A stretch of DNA of 64,000 bases, taken from positions 5,260 through 69,259 of the IMG/VR virus record IMGVR_UViG_3300033066_000895. The stretch is one strand, 5' to 3'. Shown here in pieces: positions 18,146 through 27,658 of this stretch (position 1 is its first letter; every line of letters starts with the position of its first letter). A program made the position numbers and the translations under genes. The notes beneath the pieces are model-generated. The model was not told the DNA's origin, ran no database searches, and was given only the letters and a program-made list of their open reading frames with translations. Origin of the DNA: a virus (taxonomy: Duplodnaviria; Caudoviricetes).

Positions 18146-19807
18146 TTAGACGACAAGAGCGATCTTCTTTAATGATCCACCAATCATTGCTTCAGCGTAA
18201 TTCGCAGTGTCGAGAGTAACCGTAGCGGCTTTCACGGTTCCTAGTTTCCAAGCTGGACCTGTTCCGCTTGTTGGGTCAGATGTAATTAAACTGTCAGAAG
18301 ACAATCCACCGGCAGCATTACCAGCACGATTCAAAACTGTGCAAGTGTTGTCTGTTACTGAGGACAGGACAAACCCGGATGTTACCCCTGAATTGGCAAA
18401 TCTCAGTTGAGAGGTGGCAATCCTTGCAAGTCCTGTATCTGCAACGTTAGATGAGTTACAGAACAACAGTCCAGAAGTGTTGGATGTATTCTGAATCATA
18501 ACAAAGTCGCTTGAGCCAGTTTGTAGTTTCAGTGCATTTGCAGTTCGGATATAAATCTGGAATGTCTGATCCAATGTCACAAACCCGTTTCCGGGATTGA
18601 TGGACAATCCGCCAACTGTTAGCACACCAGCCGAACTTAATGCCATTTTTGTAGAGTACGTGTTCTGTGTTGACCCGGTTGATCCAGCCGACGCCGTTTG
18701 CCAAGCGTATCCGCCTGATGCTCCAGTTCCAGTACCGGCAGAGTCTTTGAATGTCCATAATACACCAGCAGTGTTTGACGTTCCGGTAATAACCGACTGA
18801 ACACTCAGAGTTTGCGCCGTTGGAGACGCACCGTCGACGTTGCCAAACTGGATAGTGTCTGATGCTGGACTGGTTATCCTACCCCTGCTTGTCCAAATGA
18901 GAACCTGATTGCTAGCTAGGGTAATATTCCCGTTTGTGTTGAGCGTGTTCGCCACAAGTGCGAGGGTTGTTAAAGTCCCGCCAGACGACAGGCTTCCTAA
19001 CGACGTGCTACCCGCAATCCGAAAGTCGAAAAAGTTTCCACCAAATCCACTTGCCGCATTTGCTCCGAAAATCGTACCACCAGTTGAATATGTGGTAGCG
19101 GCAGTTGTTCCGGTCGGTTGATGAAAGAAGATCGGGAACGTGTCTGTCCCACTTCCACCACTGCGTAGCGTACCAGTGTGCTGGAATACGCCTTGCGATG
19201 CACCTTGATTGTAAGTGTCGTTGATGAATCCGCTGAGTGTATTATTCCCAGTAATATTCGTCCCGCCAGATGAAACTATCATCGTACTAACAGTCAACTG
19301 ACCCGCTGATGTTAGTTGCATCCGCTGAGCAGGGGCTGTTCCGTTGTACCCTGATGCAAACGTCAGCGTTGATGCAGAGCTTCCACCAGACGGAACATTA
19401 TAAACCCTCCATGTGGTGTAGGCATCCGCCGAGCCGCTCCAATGTCTGCCAGTCAAATCCAAGGCTGGTGAAAACTGAGAGGTAACACCGCTAGTCGTTA
19501 CAGTTGCGTTCTCTAGAACCACAGCAGCAGTGGGGGTACTGACAATGTTGTCACGTCGAACTGTCTGCGGCCCGCTCCAAGTGTTCGTGCCGCTGAGAAG
19601 GGGTACTTTGTCTCCGGATGTTCCTATGTCGACAACAGATGATGTACCAAGAGACGGTGTTCCTGTTACATCAGCATAGGCAACACTGCCGAAATAGAGA
19701 TTACCAGACCCATCCGTCATGATTGGCTGACGTGCAGCACCGTCAACCGTAGGAGAATAAAGAGTTACCCCTAAACCAATTGCTGGAGAAACGAGAACTC
19801 CCGACAT
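18146..19807 (-). CDS. tail fibre / receptor-binding protein
   Basis: G/S/T-rich beta-repeat protein with RMQLTSAGQLT and KMALSSAGVLT repeats typical of fibres. Confidence 0.75.
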   Translation of the reverse strand: MSGVLVSPAIGLGVTLYSPTVDGAARQPIMTDGSGNLYFGSVAYADVTGTPSLGTSSVVDIGTSGDKVPLLSGTNTWSGPQTVRRDNIVSTPTAAVVLENATVTTSGVTSQFSPALDLTGRHWSGSADAYTTWRVYNVPSGGSSASTLTFASGYNGTAPAQRMQLTSAGQLTVSTMIVSSGGTNITGNNTLSGFINDTYNQGASQGVFQHTGTLRSGGSGTDTFPIFFHQPTGTTAATTYSTGGTIFGANAASGFGGNFFDFRIAGSTSLGSLSSGGTLTTLALVANTLNTNGNITLASNQVLIWTSRGRITSPASDTIQFGNVDGASPTAQTLSVQSVITGTSNTAGVLWTFKDSAGTGTGASGGYAWQTASAGSTGSTQNTYSTKMALSSAGVLTVGGLSINPGNGFVTLDQTFQIYIRTANALKLQTGSSDFVMIQNTSNTSGLLFCNSSNVADTGLARIATSQLRFANSGVTSGFVLSSVTDNTCTVLNRAGNAAGGLSSDSLITSDPTSGTGPAWKLGTVKAATVTLDTANYAEAMIGGSLKKIALVV

Positions 19808-19810
19808 TGT

Positions 19811-20260
19811 TTATCTCTCAATCAATCCTGAGACGAACTTCAGAATTATCTTTCTGCGGGATTCTTGGGGGAGCGACCTAGGATAACCGATCATCCTATC
19901 AACTTCAACTTCGTTTCTGAGGAGAATAAACGTGGGGAGTGATTGGACTTTATACTTTTGAACTGTTCGTACATCCGTATCAAAGTTGATGAACTGAAAA
20001 TGATTTGTTGCATCATCCCCAAACTTCCACCCGGATGCCGTCATCCATTCTTGACAGTCACTTTTGAATACACGACACGGACCACACGATTTCGAAGTAA
20101 AAAACAAAACCCGCATGTTTGCTGATTTAGTTTTTATTTCTTTCGGTTCAGTTACTTGAAAGGTCATTAAAGTCTGAGGAGACCCTACTTGACCGGCAGT
20201 AACTTGATATGTCTGTGGTTCTGGATTCGCGAGAACTGTCAAGAGGATGATGGTGAGCAT
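19811..20260 (-). CDS. thioredoxin with predicted signal peptide/anchor
   Basis: CGPC active site, SLPTFI cis-Pro loop; N-terminus MLTIILLTVLA. Confidence 0.8.
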   Translation of the reverse strand: MLTIILLTVLANPEPQTYQVTAGQVGSPQTLMTFQVTEPKEIKTKSANMRVLFFTSKSCGPCRVFKSDCQEWMTASGWKFGDDATNHFQFINFDTDVRTVQKYKVQSLPTFILLRNEVEVDRMIGYPRSLPQESRRKIILKFVSGLIER

Positions 20261-20261
20261 A

Positions 20262-21110
20262 CTATCCTTCCTGTGTGGACGGAATCAGGTAGAACATGTG
20301 ATTTCTGAACGTCTGAGCAAAGTGATCCTTAGTGAGATAACACCGACCGTTTTGACCGAATGTTGGTCCCCACGAGTTTGGATCGTCAAACACTTCAGTA
20401 CCGTTTATGAGTCGCATATCGTCGACACAAACAGCATGGTTACCAGCACCATTATCGACACCAGCAATTCCCATGCTGTTTAACCGTGAGAATGTGTTAC
20501 CAACGTGAACAGCGACAATACCCATGAAACCAGCAGCACACCCGGAACGGAACCCTTGCATTGTCACTGCTGCGTAAGCTTTAAATGCCTTATGGTTCAT
20601 AGCGACTTCACGACAACCGGGAGGTTGAAGTTTCGGATAGATCATTTCTGCTGAAACCATCGACAAAGGAACGTTTCCGACTTCTTGAGAGACCTTCATT
20701 CCGTCTTCAAGAGCCGATCCGTTATCTCGACCGCCATTCATCAGGGAGTAAGGGAATGCACCCGAGAAGAGAGTCTTGTCGTCGAATCCACGGAGATACC
20801 GAGCACGCTGGTATGCTCCCGCTTCAGCATGACCGTTACAAGAACCATACTGGAGTTGATTCAGCAACCATTCAATACCAAACAGATCACGACTAACCCG
20901 ACGATTCGGATCGGTAATGAGTCTCTTAATTGTTGCATCATCGAAGACAGTAAACGAGTCTTCATAGACCGGCATACTGGTCAGGTTTCGTTTATCCGCT
21001 TCATCATGTTCGGGGAGGACGACGAGTGTACCGAGTTTTCTCAGTTGGTCATCATTGTCGAAGATGAATGGAATTTCTGAGTTGTCAGCATCTTTAAACT
21101 GGGGATTCAT
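20262..21110 (-). CDS. papain-like (C1) cysteine peptidase
   Basis: NQLQYGSC (Gln/Cys), NHAV (His), NSWG (Asn). Confidence 0.85.
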   Translation of the reverse strand: MNPQFKDADNSEIPFIFDNDDQLRKLGTLVVLPEHDEADKRNLTSMPVYEDSFTVFDDATIKRLITDPNRRVSRDLFGIEWLLNQLQYGSCNGHAEAGAYQRARYLRGFDDKTLFSGAFPYSLMNGGRDNGSALEDGMKVSQEVGNVPLSMVSAEMIYPKLQPPGCREVAMNHKAFKAYAAVTMQGFRSGCAAGFMGIVAVHVGNTFSRLNSMGIAGVDNGAGNHAVCVDDMRLINGTEVFDDPNSWGPTFGQNGRCYLTKDHFAQTFRNHMFYLIPSTQEG

Positions 21111-21943
21111 TATTGTCCTCCCGAATATTTGTTGATGTTGTTGGTGATGTCGAGAAGAGTTTTCGGTAATGGGATTACATCAATCGTCTTCAGTGAATCC
21201 TTGTTTTCGAAGACGAGAGCGGGGGGAGAGACGTTTTTCTGAACCATCTTGGCGATAACTTCTTTTCCTGATTTTTCATTCGTGTCTTTATCATAGAAAA
21301 TCCAGTCATGACCCATGAGTCTTACGTTGTTCCAGAAAACAGTCGAGTTCTGTACCGCCGCTGTTTCTTCTGTAATTCGTTTGACATCGTAGACTAGAGA
21401 AACACGGAGTTTCTGTTTGTCGATTGGAGTTGGGGGTATGGGGTCAGGTTTCGGTTTCGGATCAGGTGGAGGCTGAGCACCATTACCGCATTTGACTGTG
21501 ATCATCGCAATATCAACAGTATCACCTTGGGATACCGCAAGGATTGCTGTAATGATGCATGGTTTCGTCCCGGTCGGGATGAATACGTCTAGACCGTCGT
21601 TAGTAACGAATTTTCTAGCGTTCCGCTCTTGGGGAAGAATAATCCATTTAATCGATTCTGGTTTACAGGCGTGAGTTGATGTACGAGCGGATAAGACGAC
21701 CGCTTCCCCAAGAGAGACTTCTTCAGGAAGTGGTTGACCGTGAACATCTGTGATAGCCGCTTTAGCTGGCGGCAATGGATCAGCAGGTGCCATCGGGGCA
21801 GGAGCGACTTCTGCGACTTCAACAGTTTCGACCGGGAACGTTTGTTTCTTGAACTTGGCCGGTGGTTCATCCGCTGTGAAGGCATTCAGGGATATAAATG
21901 ATATACATATACCCAGAATTCCGAATTTTATTAAATTGTTCAT
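21110..21943 (-). CDS. exported protein with signal peptide and Pro-rich linkers
   Basis: MNNLIKFGILGICISFISLNAFTA; PPPDPKPKPDPIPP. Confidence 0.65.
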   Translation of the reverse strand: MNNLIKFGILGICISFISLNAFTADEPPAKFKKQTFPVETVEVAEVAPAPMAPADPLPPAKAAITDVHGQPLPEEVSLGEAVVLSARTSTHACKPESIKWIILPQERNARKFVTNDGLDVFIPTGTKPCIITAILAVSQGDTVDIAMITVKCGNGAQPPPDPKPKPDPIPPTPIDKQKLRVSLVYDVKRITEETAAVQNSTVFWNNVRLMGHDWIFYDKDTNEKSGKEVIAKMVQKNVSPPALVFENKDSLKTIDVIPLPKTLLDITNNINKYSGGQ

Positions 21944-22022
21944 TTTGTCCTTTCGTGAAAAAGAGGTAGCCTCAACGTCTGAAGGAAAGGACGGAGGCTA
22001 CCCAAGAGGATGGTCGGGAAGA

Positions 22023-22391
22023 CTAGCCAACCATCCATCTCTGCAACAGTTGCAGCAAAATCGGAAGAAGCCACGATGGGATTGAGTAATTCGGGGCTGT
22101 TACATTTCCTTCCTCAGAAGCCGCAGGCAAATGAGCGGGCATCTGATGAGTCTGAACAAAATTGTCCAGTCGAGCAATAAGGTCTTCGTTACTGACTTCA
22201 GAGAGGTTTTCCAAACCCATCTCTGCTCCAACAGTGTTTTTGTTTCCGGCCAGATAGGAAGTCAAACACCCGGCACACCACATCCCTGTTTGGATCGTTT
22301 CCAGACTGACAGCACCAGTTCTGAGGGACGAAACGAGGGACGCAAGGCATTCAAATGGGATTTCCGGGGGGAAAGCAACTTGGCAGGACAT
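22023..22391 (-). CDS. small membrane-associated protein
   Basis: GGAG RBS; C-terminal hydrophobic helix WLLPILLQLLQRW. Confidence 0.6.
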   Translation of the reverse strand: MSCQVAFPPEIPFECLASLVSSLRTGAVSLETIQTGMWCAGCLTSYLAGNKNTVGAEMGLENLSEVSNEDLIARLDNFVQTHQMPAHLPAASEEGNVTAPNYSIPSWLLPILLQLLQRWMVG

Positions 22392-22451
22392 GGTAGTCTC
22401 CAGTCTTCAAGAGAGTCTTCAATCAATGAGCAAATTGCTCAAACTGAGAAG

Positions 22452-22481
22452 ACGATATCCGGAAACCAGACCTATGGTCAA
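22452..22481 (-). promoter_or_regulatory. promoter of the protease/thioredoxin/tail-fibre operon
   Basis: TTGACC-18-TATCGT. Confidence 0.5.
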
Positions 22482-22486
22482 CCCGT

Positions 22487-22530
22487 AAAAAAAGACTGGG
22501 CTTGTGTTACATCACAACACAAACCCAGTC
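22487..22530 (-). terminator. intrinsic terminator
   Basis: 15-bp stem GACTGGGTTTGTGTT/AACACAAGCCCAGTC followed by T7. Confidence 0.85.
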
Positions 22531-22572
22531 CCCACTTTCCTACGAGCAACCCCTGCCGAGGCTACAGACTGC

Positions 22573-22602
22573 ACTATACCCAAAACTCGGAAGCCGTGTC
22601 AA
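22573..22602 (-). promoter_or_regulatory. promoter, CGGCT class
   Basis: TTGACA-CGGCTT...(18)-TATAGT. Confidence 0.6.
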
Positions 22603-24017
22603 TCCTTTTTCTTATGATGAGTCACAAGTTTTTTTCCATTGAAACTTCTCCAGAGTTCGCGGTACTCATGCTTGAATTGATAGACGTGTCTGTTACGTCC
22701 TTTCCCTTCACCGTTAGCACTTTTACAAAGACTGATTAACCCCATTACACGAAGATCGTCTAGTCGTTTTTTGACGTTTGATTCTGTGAGGTTAACACGT
22801 TTCGCAATTTGTGCTTTATCGAGTCCAATGCTTCCGTTGTCATGTGCTTTGCAGATTTCAGCTACGATATCGTAATTGAATCCTTGAGCAGTATCTAACG
22901 ACATCTTGCGAAGGATACGGAGGATGTTACCCCCTAGTCTGTTAGTTCCAAGAACAACAGATAATCCTACGCCGACTTTCATTAACTGGTTTCCGATGCG
23001 GATACCAATCGCTGATCGAGGACGATAGATAATATCCCGCTCATAACCTTTGCGGGTTACTTCTGCTTTGATCTTAGAAACGAACATTCCAATAGCGGTA
23101 ACCTTGTCAGTAAACCAATCCGGAACTTCAGGAGGTTCCTGAGTTACAAAGCGGTCATACATAACATTGATGAATCCAGCAGTACATCGCTTGATCCGTT
23201 CCATTTTATCTTTCGGGATGAACCGCTCTTTCTCTTCCCCTCCTTCTGGTCCACGTTGTTGGAATGATCCGAGGATAGCACCAACTGTTGAAGTTAAAGC
23301 TGCTTTGATATGAGACTTTGAACCATGAAATTCATCGGTGATATCAATGTGTAAAAACCGAGAACCGAGTTCGGAGTCATTGTACTTGAGGATTGCATCA
23401 GTCACCCCCGCAACCATTGCCATTCTGAAATTCTTGTAGGAGTGATATACACCGTTCTTAAATCTGGCTTCCGATGATCCGTCTGTAACATCCCGCAACT
23501 CCCCTTCAATTTGGTTTCGAGAAGCGTCGGGAAGAGAAAGAATGACGGTCCAGTCCTTGACGAACATGGTTTTCCCATCAATGACTTTCATCAGTGACAG
23601 GTCTTTCTTACCCTTCTTACGTACTCCTGAGTGGAATCCGGTAAACTTAGAAACCGGAACACTGAATCGACTGTTCGCTGAAACTGCCTCACAGATAGTT
23701 GATTTACCAGAACTTGAAGGACCACGAATGAAGAGAAGAACCATTTCATTACCTCCCATCATCGGGGTCAGGATGGTAGCCAGTGTGACAGCTAAGGTAT
23801 CCTTAACTGTTTGAGGCATAAACATCCCTTCCTGCTCATAGATAGCAATCAACTCTTCGAAAGTATCTATCGGAATCGGTTCAAGGTCTTTAGGCTTTGG
23901 TTCTCGGCTTTTTTGTTGGTGCCCGTCTCCGTCCTGATCGTCGTTCAGTTCCGGAGGGTCGACCAGATTCTCTAACAGAAACTCCAGAACATCCGATTCT
24001 GCTGTCGCTGTTATCAA
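22599..24017 (-). CDS. AAA+/MCM-like replicative helicase with C-terminal wHTH
   Basis: Walker A GPSSSGKS, Walker B-like MFVKD; probable TTG start at 24017 with AAGGA RBS. Confidence 0.75.
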   Translation of the reverse strand: MITATAESDVLEFLLENLVDPPELNDDQDGDGHQQKSREPKPKDLEPIPIDTFEELIAIYEQEGMFMPQTVKDTLAVTLATILTPMMGGNEMVLLFIRGPSSSGKSTICEAVSANSRFSVPVSKFTGFHSGVRKKGKKDLSLMKVIDGKTMFVKDWTVILSLPDASRNQIEGELRDVTDGSSEARFKNGVYHSYKNFRMAMVAGVTDAILKYNDSELGSRFLHIDITDEFHGSKSHIKAALTSTVGAILGSFQQRGPEGGEEKERFIPKDKMERIKRCTAGFINVMYDRFVTQEPPEVPDWFTDKVTAIGMFVSKIKAEVTRKGYERDIIYRPRSAIGIRIGNQLMKVGVGLSVVLGTNRLGGNILRILRKMSLDTAQGFNYDIVAEICKAHDNGSIGLDKAQIAKRVNLTESNVKKRLDDLRVMGLISLCKSANGEGKGRNRHVYQFKHEYRELWRSFNGKKLVTHHKKKD

Positions 24018-24432
24018 TTTCTTGTTCCTTATTGTTTGGGGATTGAAGTGATTTATTGATAGCAATCAAAGCTGCAATAGCGGGGTCGGGGGACTGATGA
24101 TCTTCTGCTGTTAAAAGATCATTAAGTTCAGGATGAATTGTCTCGAATTCCATCAGAGCAAAAACGTTCCATGCAATATGAGCAAGATGGTCTTCAGATC
24201 GATCACCCATGAGATACAAATTAAGATGCTCATGAATATGCTGAAACATTTCGGAGAACGCAAATCCTTTTCGGTAGTTGTGTGCTCCGTATTTCACAAA
24301 CCCTTCATGGCAAGTTTCAGCAAGGCGACGTAATCCAATCTGAGGGATTAAGTCGAATCGCCTACCATCAGCAGCAGTAGACCGCATAGCACCTGTTGAG
24401 TGAACTTTGGTTTCCGACGTGTCTTTCTTCAT
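23890..24432 (-). CDS. dATP/dGTP diphosphohydrolase-like (DUF5664-type) protein
   Basis: RFDLIP..GL...G..KYG.HNY.KG...H...G..SEDHLAH.AWN. Confidence 0.8.
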   Translation of the reverse strand: MKKDTSETKVHSTGAMRSTAADGRRFDLIPQIGLRRLAETCHEGFVKYGAHNYRKGFAFSEMFQHIHEHLNLYLMGDRSEDHLAHIAWNVFALMEFETIHPELNDLLTAEDHQSPDPAIAALIAINKSLQSPNNKEQEIDNSDSRIGCSGVSVRESGRPSGTERRSGRRRAPTKKPRTKA

Positions 24433-24704
24433 TTAGGAATTCCTTGAGCAATAACAATGGGAGAGGGTTCATTCTTTCTGAAATGACGTGATGGGAAGAG
24501 TTCGTGTGTAACCCCTTCTGTATCAGTTAAGTTTAATCTCATCTTGGATATCATGTCGAATCCCTGTTGATTAACAACGATCAAACCTAGACCACAGATG
24601 ATCATGGAGAGTTCAGCGACTTGAATGTCGGGTTGAGGATAGAACTCATAAGTTGTAATTGGTTCAACAGTGCCGTTTAGATGTTGGTTAAGATGAGCCA
24701 TCAT
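24429..24704 (-). CDS. hypothetical protein
   Basis: ATGA overlaps at both ends. Confidence 0.6.
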   Translation of the reverse strand: MMAHLNQHLNGTVEPITTYEFYPQPDIQVAELSMIICGLGLIVVNQQGFDMISKMRLNLTDTEGVTHELFPSRHFRKNEPSPIVIAQGIPK

Positions 24705-25567
24705 TTTTTTGTTTCCTTCAATTTGAGCATGAACAGATCACGGACATCGAATCCATCGGCTAGACCTTCTGGCCACTGGATAAACTTGAGTCTAGGGCGA
24801 ACATCATCGTCAAGTGATTCACACATCTTCGCAATACGGATCATTCCATCATAACCGGGTTTTGTGATTTTGCCTGTTGATTCTGACTTCCGTTCGTAGT
24901 CGTTATCGAATACCAGATAGACATCCCGGTTGAGTAGTTTATCGACCCATTCAGATTTAAATCCTTTTGCACCGGGAACAGAGAGTACATCAAACTCTTT
25001 TCGGCGTTTGAGTTTCCTCAAGACATGTTCCATGATTAGCCAATCCCAATGACCCTCAACAATCCATAATGGCTTCGCCTCTTGGGAAAGAAACTGTAAC
25101 CCCAAAAGACCGCTGTTCATCCCTGTAGTGCCGAACAGTCGGTTTTTAACCTCCCAGTACTTATGAATGTTGGTAACTATCGTGTTGCCTCTGTCGTTGA
25201 TTTTACAGGTAGGAATTAACCATTCCCCTGTAATAACCGATCGGCAGAGTCCGCAGAGTTTGGAGATAGAAGATGGAATGCGTTTCGCCTTCCACAGGTA
25301 CCCGTAGTCTTCTGTGTTTTGCTGAGAATACTTTATCAGCTTGTTCAGGAATGTAAATACGTTTCCTGATTCATCACAGTGATGACAAGACCACATGCCG
25401 TCAACGATCTTCTTCCCGTCTTTGAACTCGGGTGGACCGACCTTGACGTAGAAGTGACCTACCTTGCCGCAGAATGGACAATCGGATTTCTTCTGTCCCT
25501 GATTCGCGTCTGTGAACGCCATTCCGTGAAATTCAAATGCACGAATATAGTTTGTTTCGTCAGCCAT
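24701..25567 (-). CDS. DNA primase (Zn finger + TOPRIM)
   Basis: CPFC..HFY..WSCHHC; VEGHWD, VFDND, FDVRD. Confidence 0.85.
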   Translation of the reverse strand: MADETNYIRAFEFHGMAFTDANQGQKKSDCPFCGKVGHFYVKVGPPEFKDGKKIVDGMWSCHHCDESGNVFTFLNKLIKYSQQNTEDYGYLWKAKRIPSSISKLCGLCRSVITGEWLIPTCKINDRGNTIVTNIHKYWEVKNRLFGTTGMNSGLLGLQFLSQEAKPLWIVEGHWDWLIMEHVLRKLKRRKEFDVLSVPGAKGFKSEWVDKLLNRDVYLVFDNDYERKSESTGKITKPGYDGMIRIAKMCESLDDDVRPRLKFIQWPEGLADGFDVRDLFMLKLKETKK

Positions 25568-25575
25568 GTTATCTT

Positions 25576-27627
25576 TCAGAGAGAGAGAACCTTGATCCCC
25601 TTATCCCACGATTTGAGGATAACTTCGGGTTCTGTAGGGACAACCATATTATAGAATTGACCGGCGTTTTCCATCAGGTTCTTGATTTCCCACAAATGGG
25701 GGCAGTCTGAATACTCAAAGCAGAGTGTTGCTTTGTTTTCTTCGTTGAAATGAAATTTGAGACGGTCGTTCATATCCCATTTTGGAAGTGGAACACTGAA
25801 CAGTAATTCGTCGTGTACCTGAGCAATTAACTTGATCCCTGATTCTGAGTGTTTGTTGAGGTAGTTGTAGCAGTCGATCATAGCACGCTTAACAATCTCA
25901 CCTTCCGATCCCTGAACCATATAGTTGACTCCCTTATGTGTCTGATCACAGACGAGGGGGTAACCACCGGGAGTAAATACAACTTTGTCTTTCCTGACTC
26001 GTGCCTGTGTTGCTTTCATAAATGCATGAGCACTGGAGAACATCTTGGTGACTTCACCCCATAGACCATCACGTCCGGCTGTCTGCTCAATCTTCCGAGG
26101 AGAAGCACCGAAGATAAATCCAAAGTTGACGTTCTTACCGATACGCCTTTGCATCTTGTTGGGTTTAACACCGGGGGGCAGTTTGAAGATTCGGGAAGCC
26201 ATATAATCATGGGCATCCCATCCGCGAGCAAAGGCTTCCTGTAACGATTTCTCATCAGAGATGTAGGCGAATATTCTAAGTTGTAATTGTGAGTAATCGA
26301 TCGAGTACCACATGAATCCCGGTTCAGGACCGAAGCATTTACGGAGTCCTAAATCCGACTTCCAGAGTTCATTCATCAGTTCCCGTAGACCGTCGTTTTC
26401 TTCTTTCGATTCGTCGAATCCTTTTGAGACGATTTGTGTAGGGGGGTTGTTGTATGAGAGTCGGGTTGTGCCGGTTTGCACCAGATTGATTGAAGGGTAC
26501 AACCGTCCGTTATGTTCATTGGCACGGAATAGCTTAATGTAGTCGCAGGTTTTCTGATGCTTCTTTCCGAGGATCAACGATTTCCCAAACTCATGCATCC
26601 GTTTGTCGAATTTAACTTTGATGCCATCAGGGAACGTAAGGTCTGCAATTGTTTTGAAGTCAGTTGATAGCTGCCCCTTTTTGGTTCTCTTGATAACCGG
26701 CATCCTCCAGTTATCGTAGAGCAGAGAACAGAGTTGTTTGTAACTGTTCGGATTGAATGTGGTATTAGCGGGTAGGCTTTCAGCAGCAATCCGTTTTGCG
26801 GTTTCAAAATGCTTGTTGGCGATTGCTTGAGTACGCTTTTCTTCACGTTCCATAACGTCGCTATGAATTGGAATCCCTATGTTTTCCATATCGTAAGCGA
26901 CTCGAATCGTCCTATGACTGAAACGATCTTGTTTTGTCAGTTTGCGTTCCTCAATCTGTGATCGGAAGAGGTAGAACAGCCAAAGGGTACGCTCTGCATC
27001 GAGCATTGCGTATCGTTCACAGACTTCAGCGAAATGGATGGTTTCCTCTCGTGTGAGGATTCGTCTGTTCTCGTATTTCTCTTGAGCGTAGAGAGAGAGT
27101 TCTTTCGGTATCCACATGTCACAGACAGGCCACCCCTCTTTAGGAGCGTCTCCATTTGCTGGCTTGAAATGTGGATGATCTTCATGGGCAACTGCCCATC
27201 CGAGTTTAGTAGCAAGCCGCCTTGACTTATTAGAGACTTTGAGGAGTTCTTTTTGATCGCTGTCCCCTATACCGATGTATCTTGCCGCCAGTCCTTTTAG
27301 ATTATGCGGTTCGGCAGAGTTGACTAAATGTGATTGGTGCCAAGTATCAAATATTTTATCCCAGTGAGGGAGACGTACACCCATTGCTTCAAGAGCGTGA
27401 CAGTCGAATTTGGCATTGTGAAACACAAGACCATCTTCGTCTGAGTTCAAGTAGTCTTCGATATCCCGAACTTTTCTCTTTTCGTAAATGGGTGTACGGG
27501 TCATCCTGTTGACGCGGAAGTCCCAGTACTTTGGTGGATCACCGTTATCATTATATGTTGAAACAGCAAACGCTCTGCATCCGTGTTTTATGAAAAGGCC
27601 AGTCGTTTCGCTATCTGCTGCTATCAT
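25576..27627 (-). CDS. polA: family A DNA polymerase with 3'-5' exonuclease domain
   Basis: ExoI DSETTG, ExoII HNAKFD, ExoIII YAMLD; motif A DYSQLQLR, motif B RRIGKNVNFG, motif C VHDEL. Confidence 0.95.
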   Translation of the reverse strand: MIAADSETTGLFIKHGCRAFAVSTYNDNGDPPKYWDFRVNRMTRTPIYEKRKVRDIEDYLNSDEDGLVFHNAKFDCHALEAMGVRLPHWDKIFDTWHQSHLVNSAEPHNLKGLAARYIGIGDSDQKELLKVSNKSRRLATKLGWAVAHEDHPHFKPANGDAPKEGWPVCDMWIPKELSLYAQEKYENRRILTREETIHFAEVCERYAMLDAERTLWLFYLFRSQIEERKLTKQDRFSHRTIRVAYDMENIGIPIHSDVMEREEKRTQAIANKHFETAKRIAAESLPANTTFNPNSYKQLCSLLYDNWRMPVIKRTKKGQLSTDFKTIADLTFPDGIKVKFDKRMHEFGKSLILGKKHQKTCDYIKLFRANEHNGRLYPSINLVQTGTTRLSYNNPPTQIVSKGFDESKEENDGLRELMNELWKSDLGLRKCFGPEPGFMWYSIDYSQLQLRIFAYISDEKSLQEAFARGWDAHDYMASRIFKLPPGVKPNKMQRRIGKNVNFGFIFGASPRKIEQTAGRDGLWGEVTKMFSSAHAFMKATQARVRKDKVVFTPGGYPLVCDQTHKGVNYMVQGSEGEIVKRAMIDCYNYLNKHSESGIKLIAQVHDELLFSVPLPKWDMNDRLKFHFNEENKATLCFEYSDCPHLWEIKNLMENAGQFYNMVVPTEPEVILKSWDKGIKVLSL

Positions 27628-27658
27628 ATTATGCCTTCGTTTCTGGGGGAGAAGATGA

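Noticed and set aside
23890-27627. Z-genome (2-aminoadenine) pathway suggested by the dATP/dGTP diphosphohydrolase-like gene and polA
   Set aside because: No PurZ or DatZ homologue seen in the window
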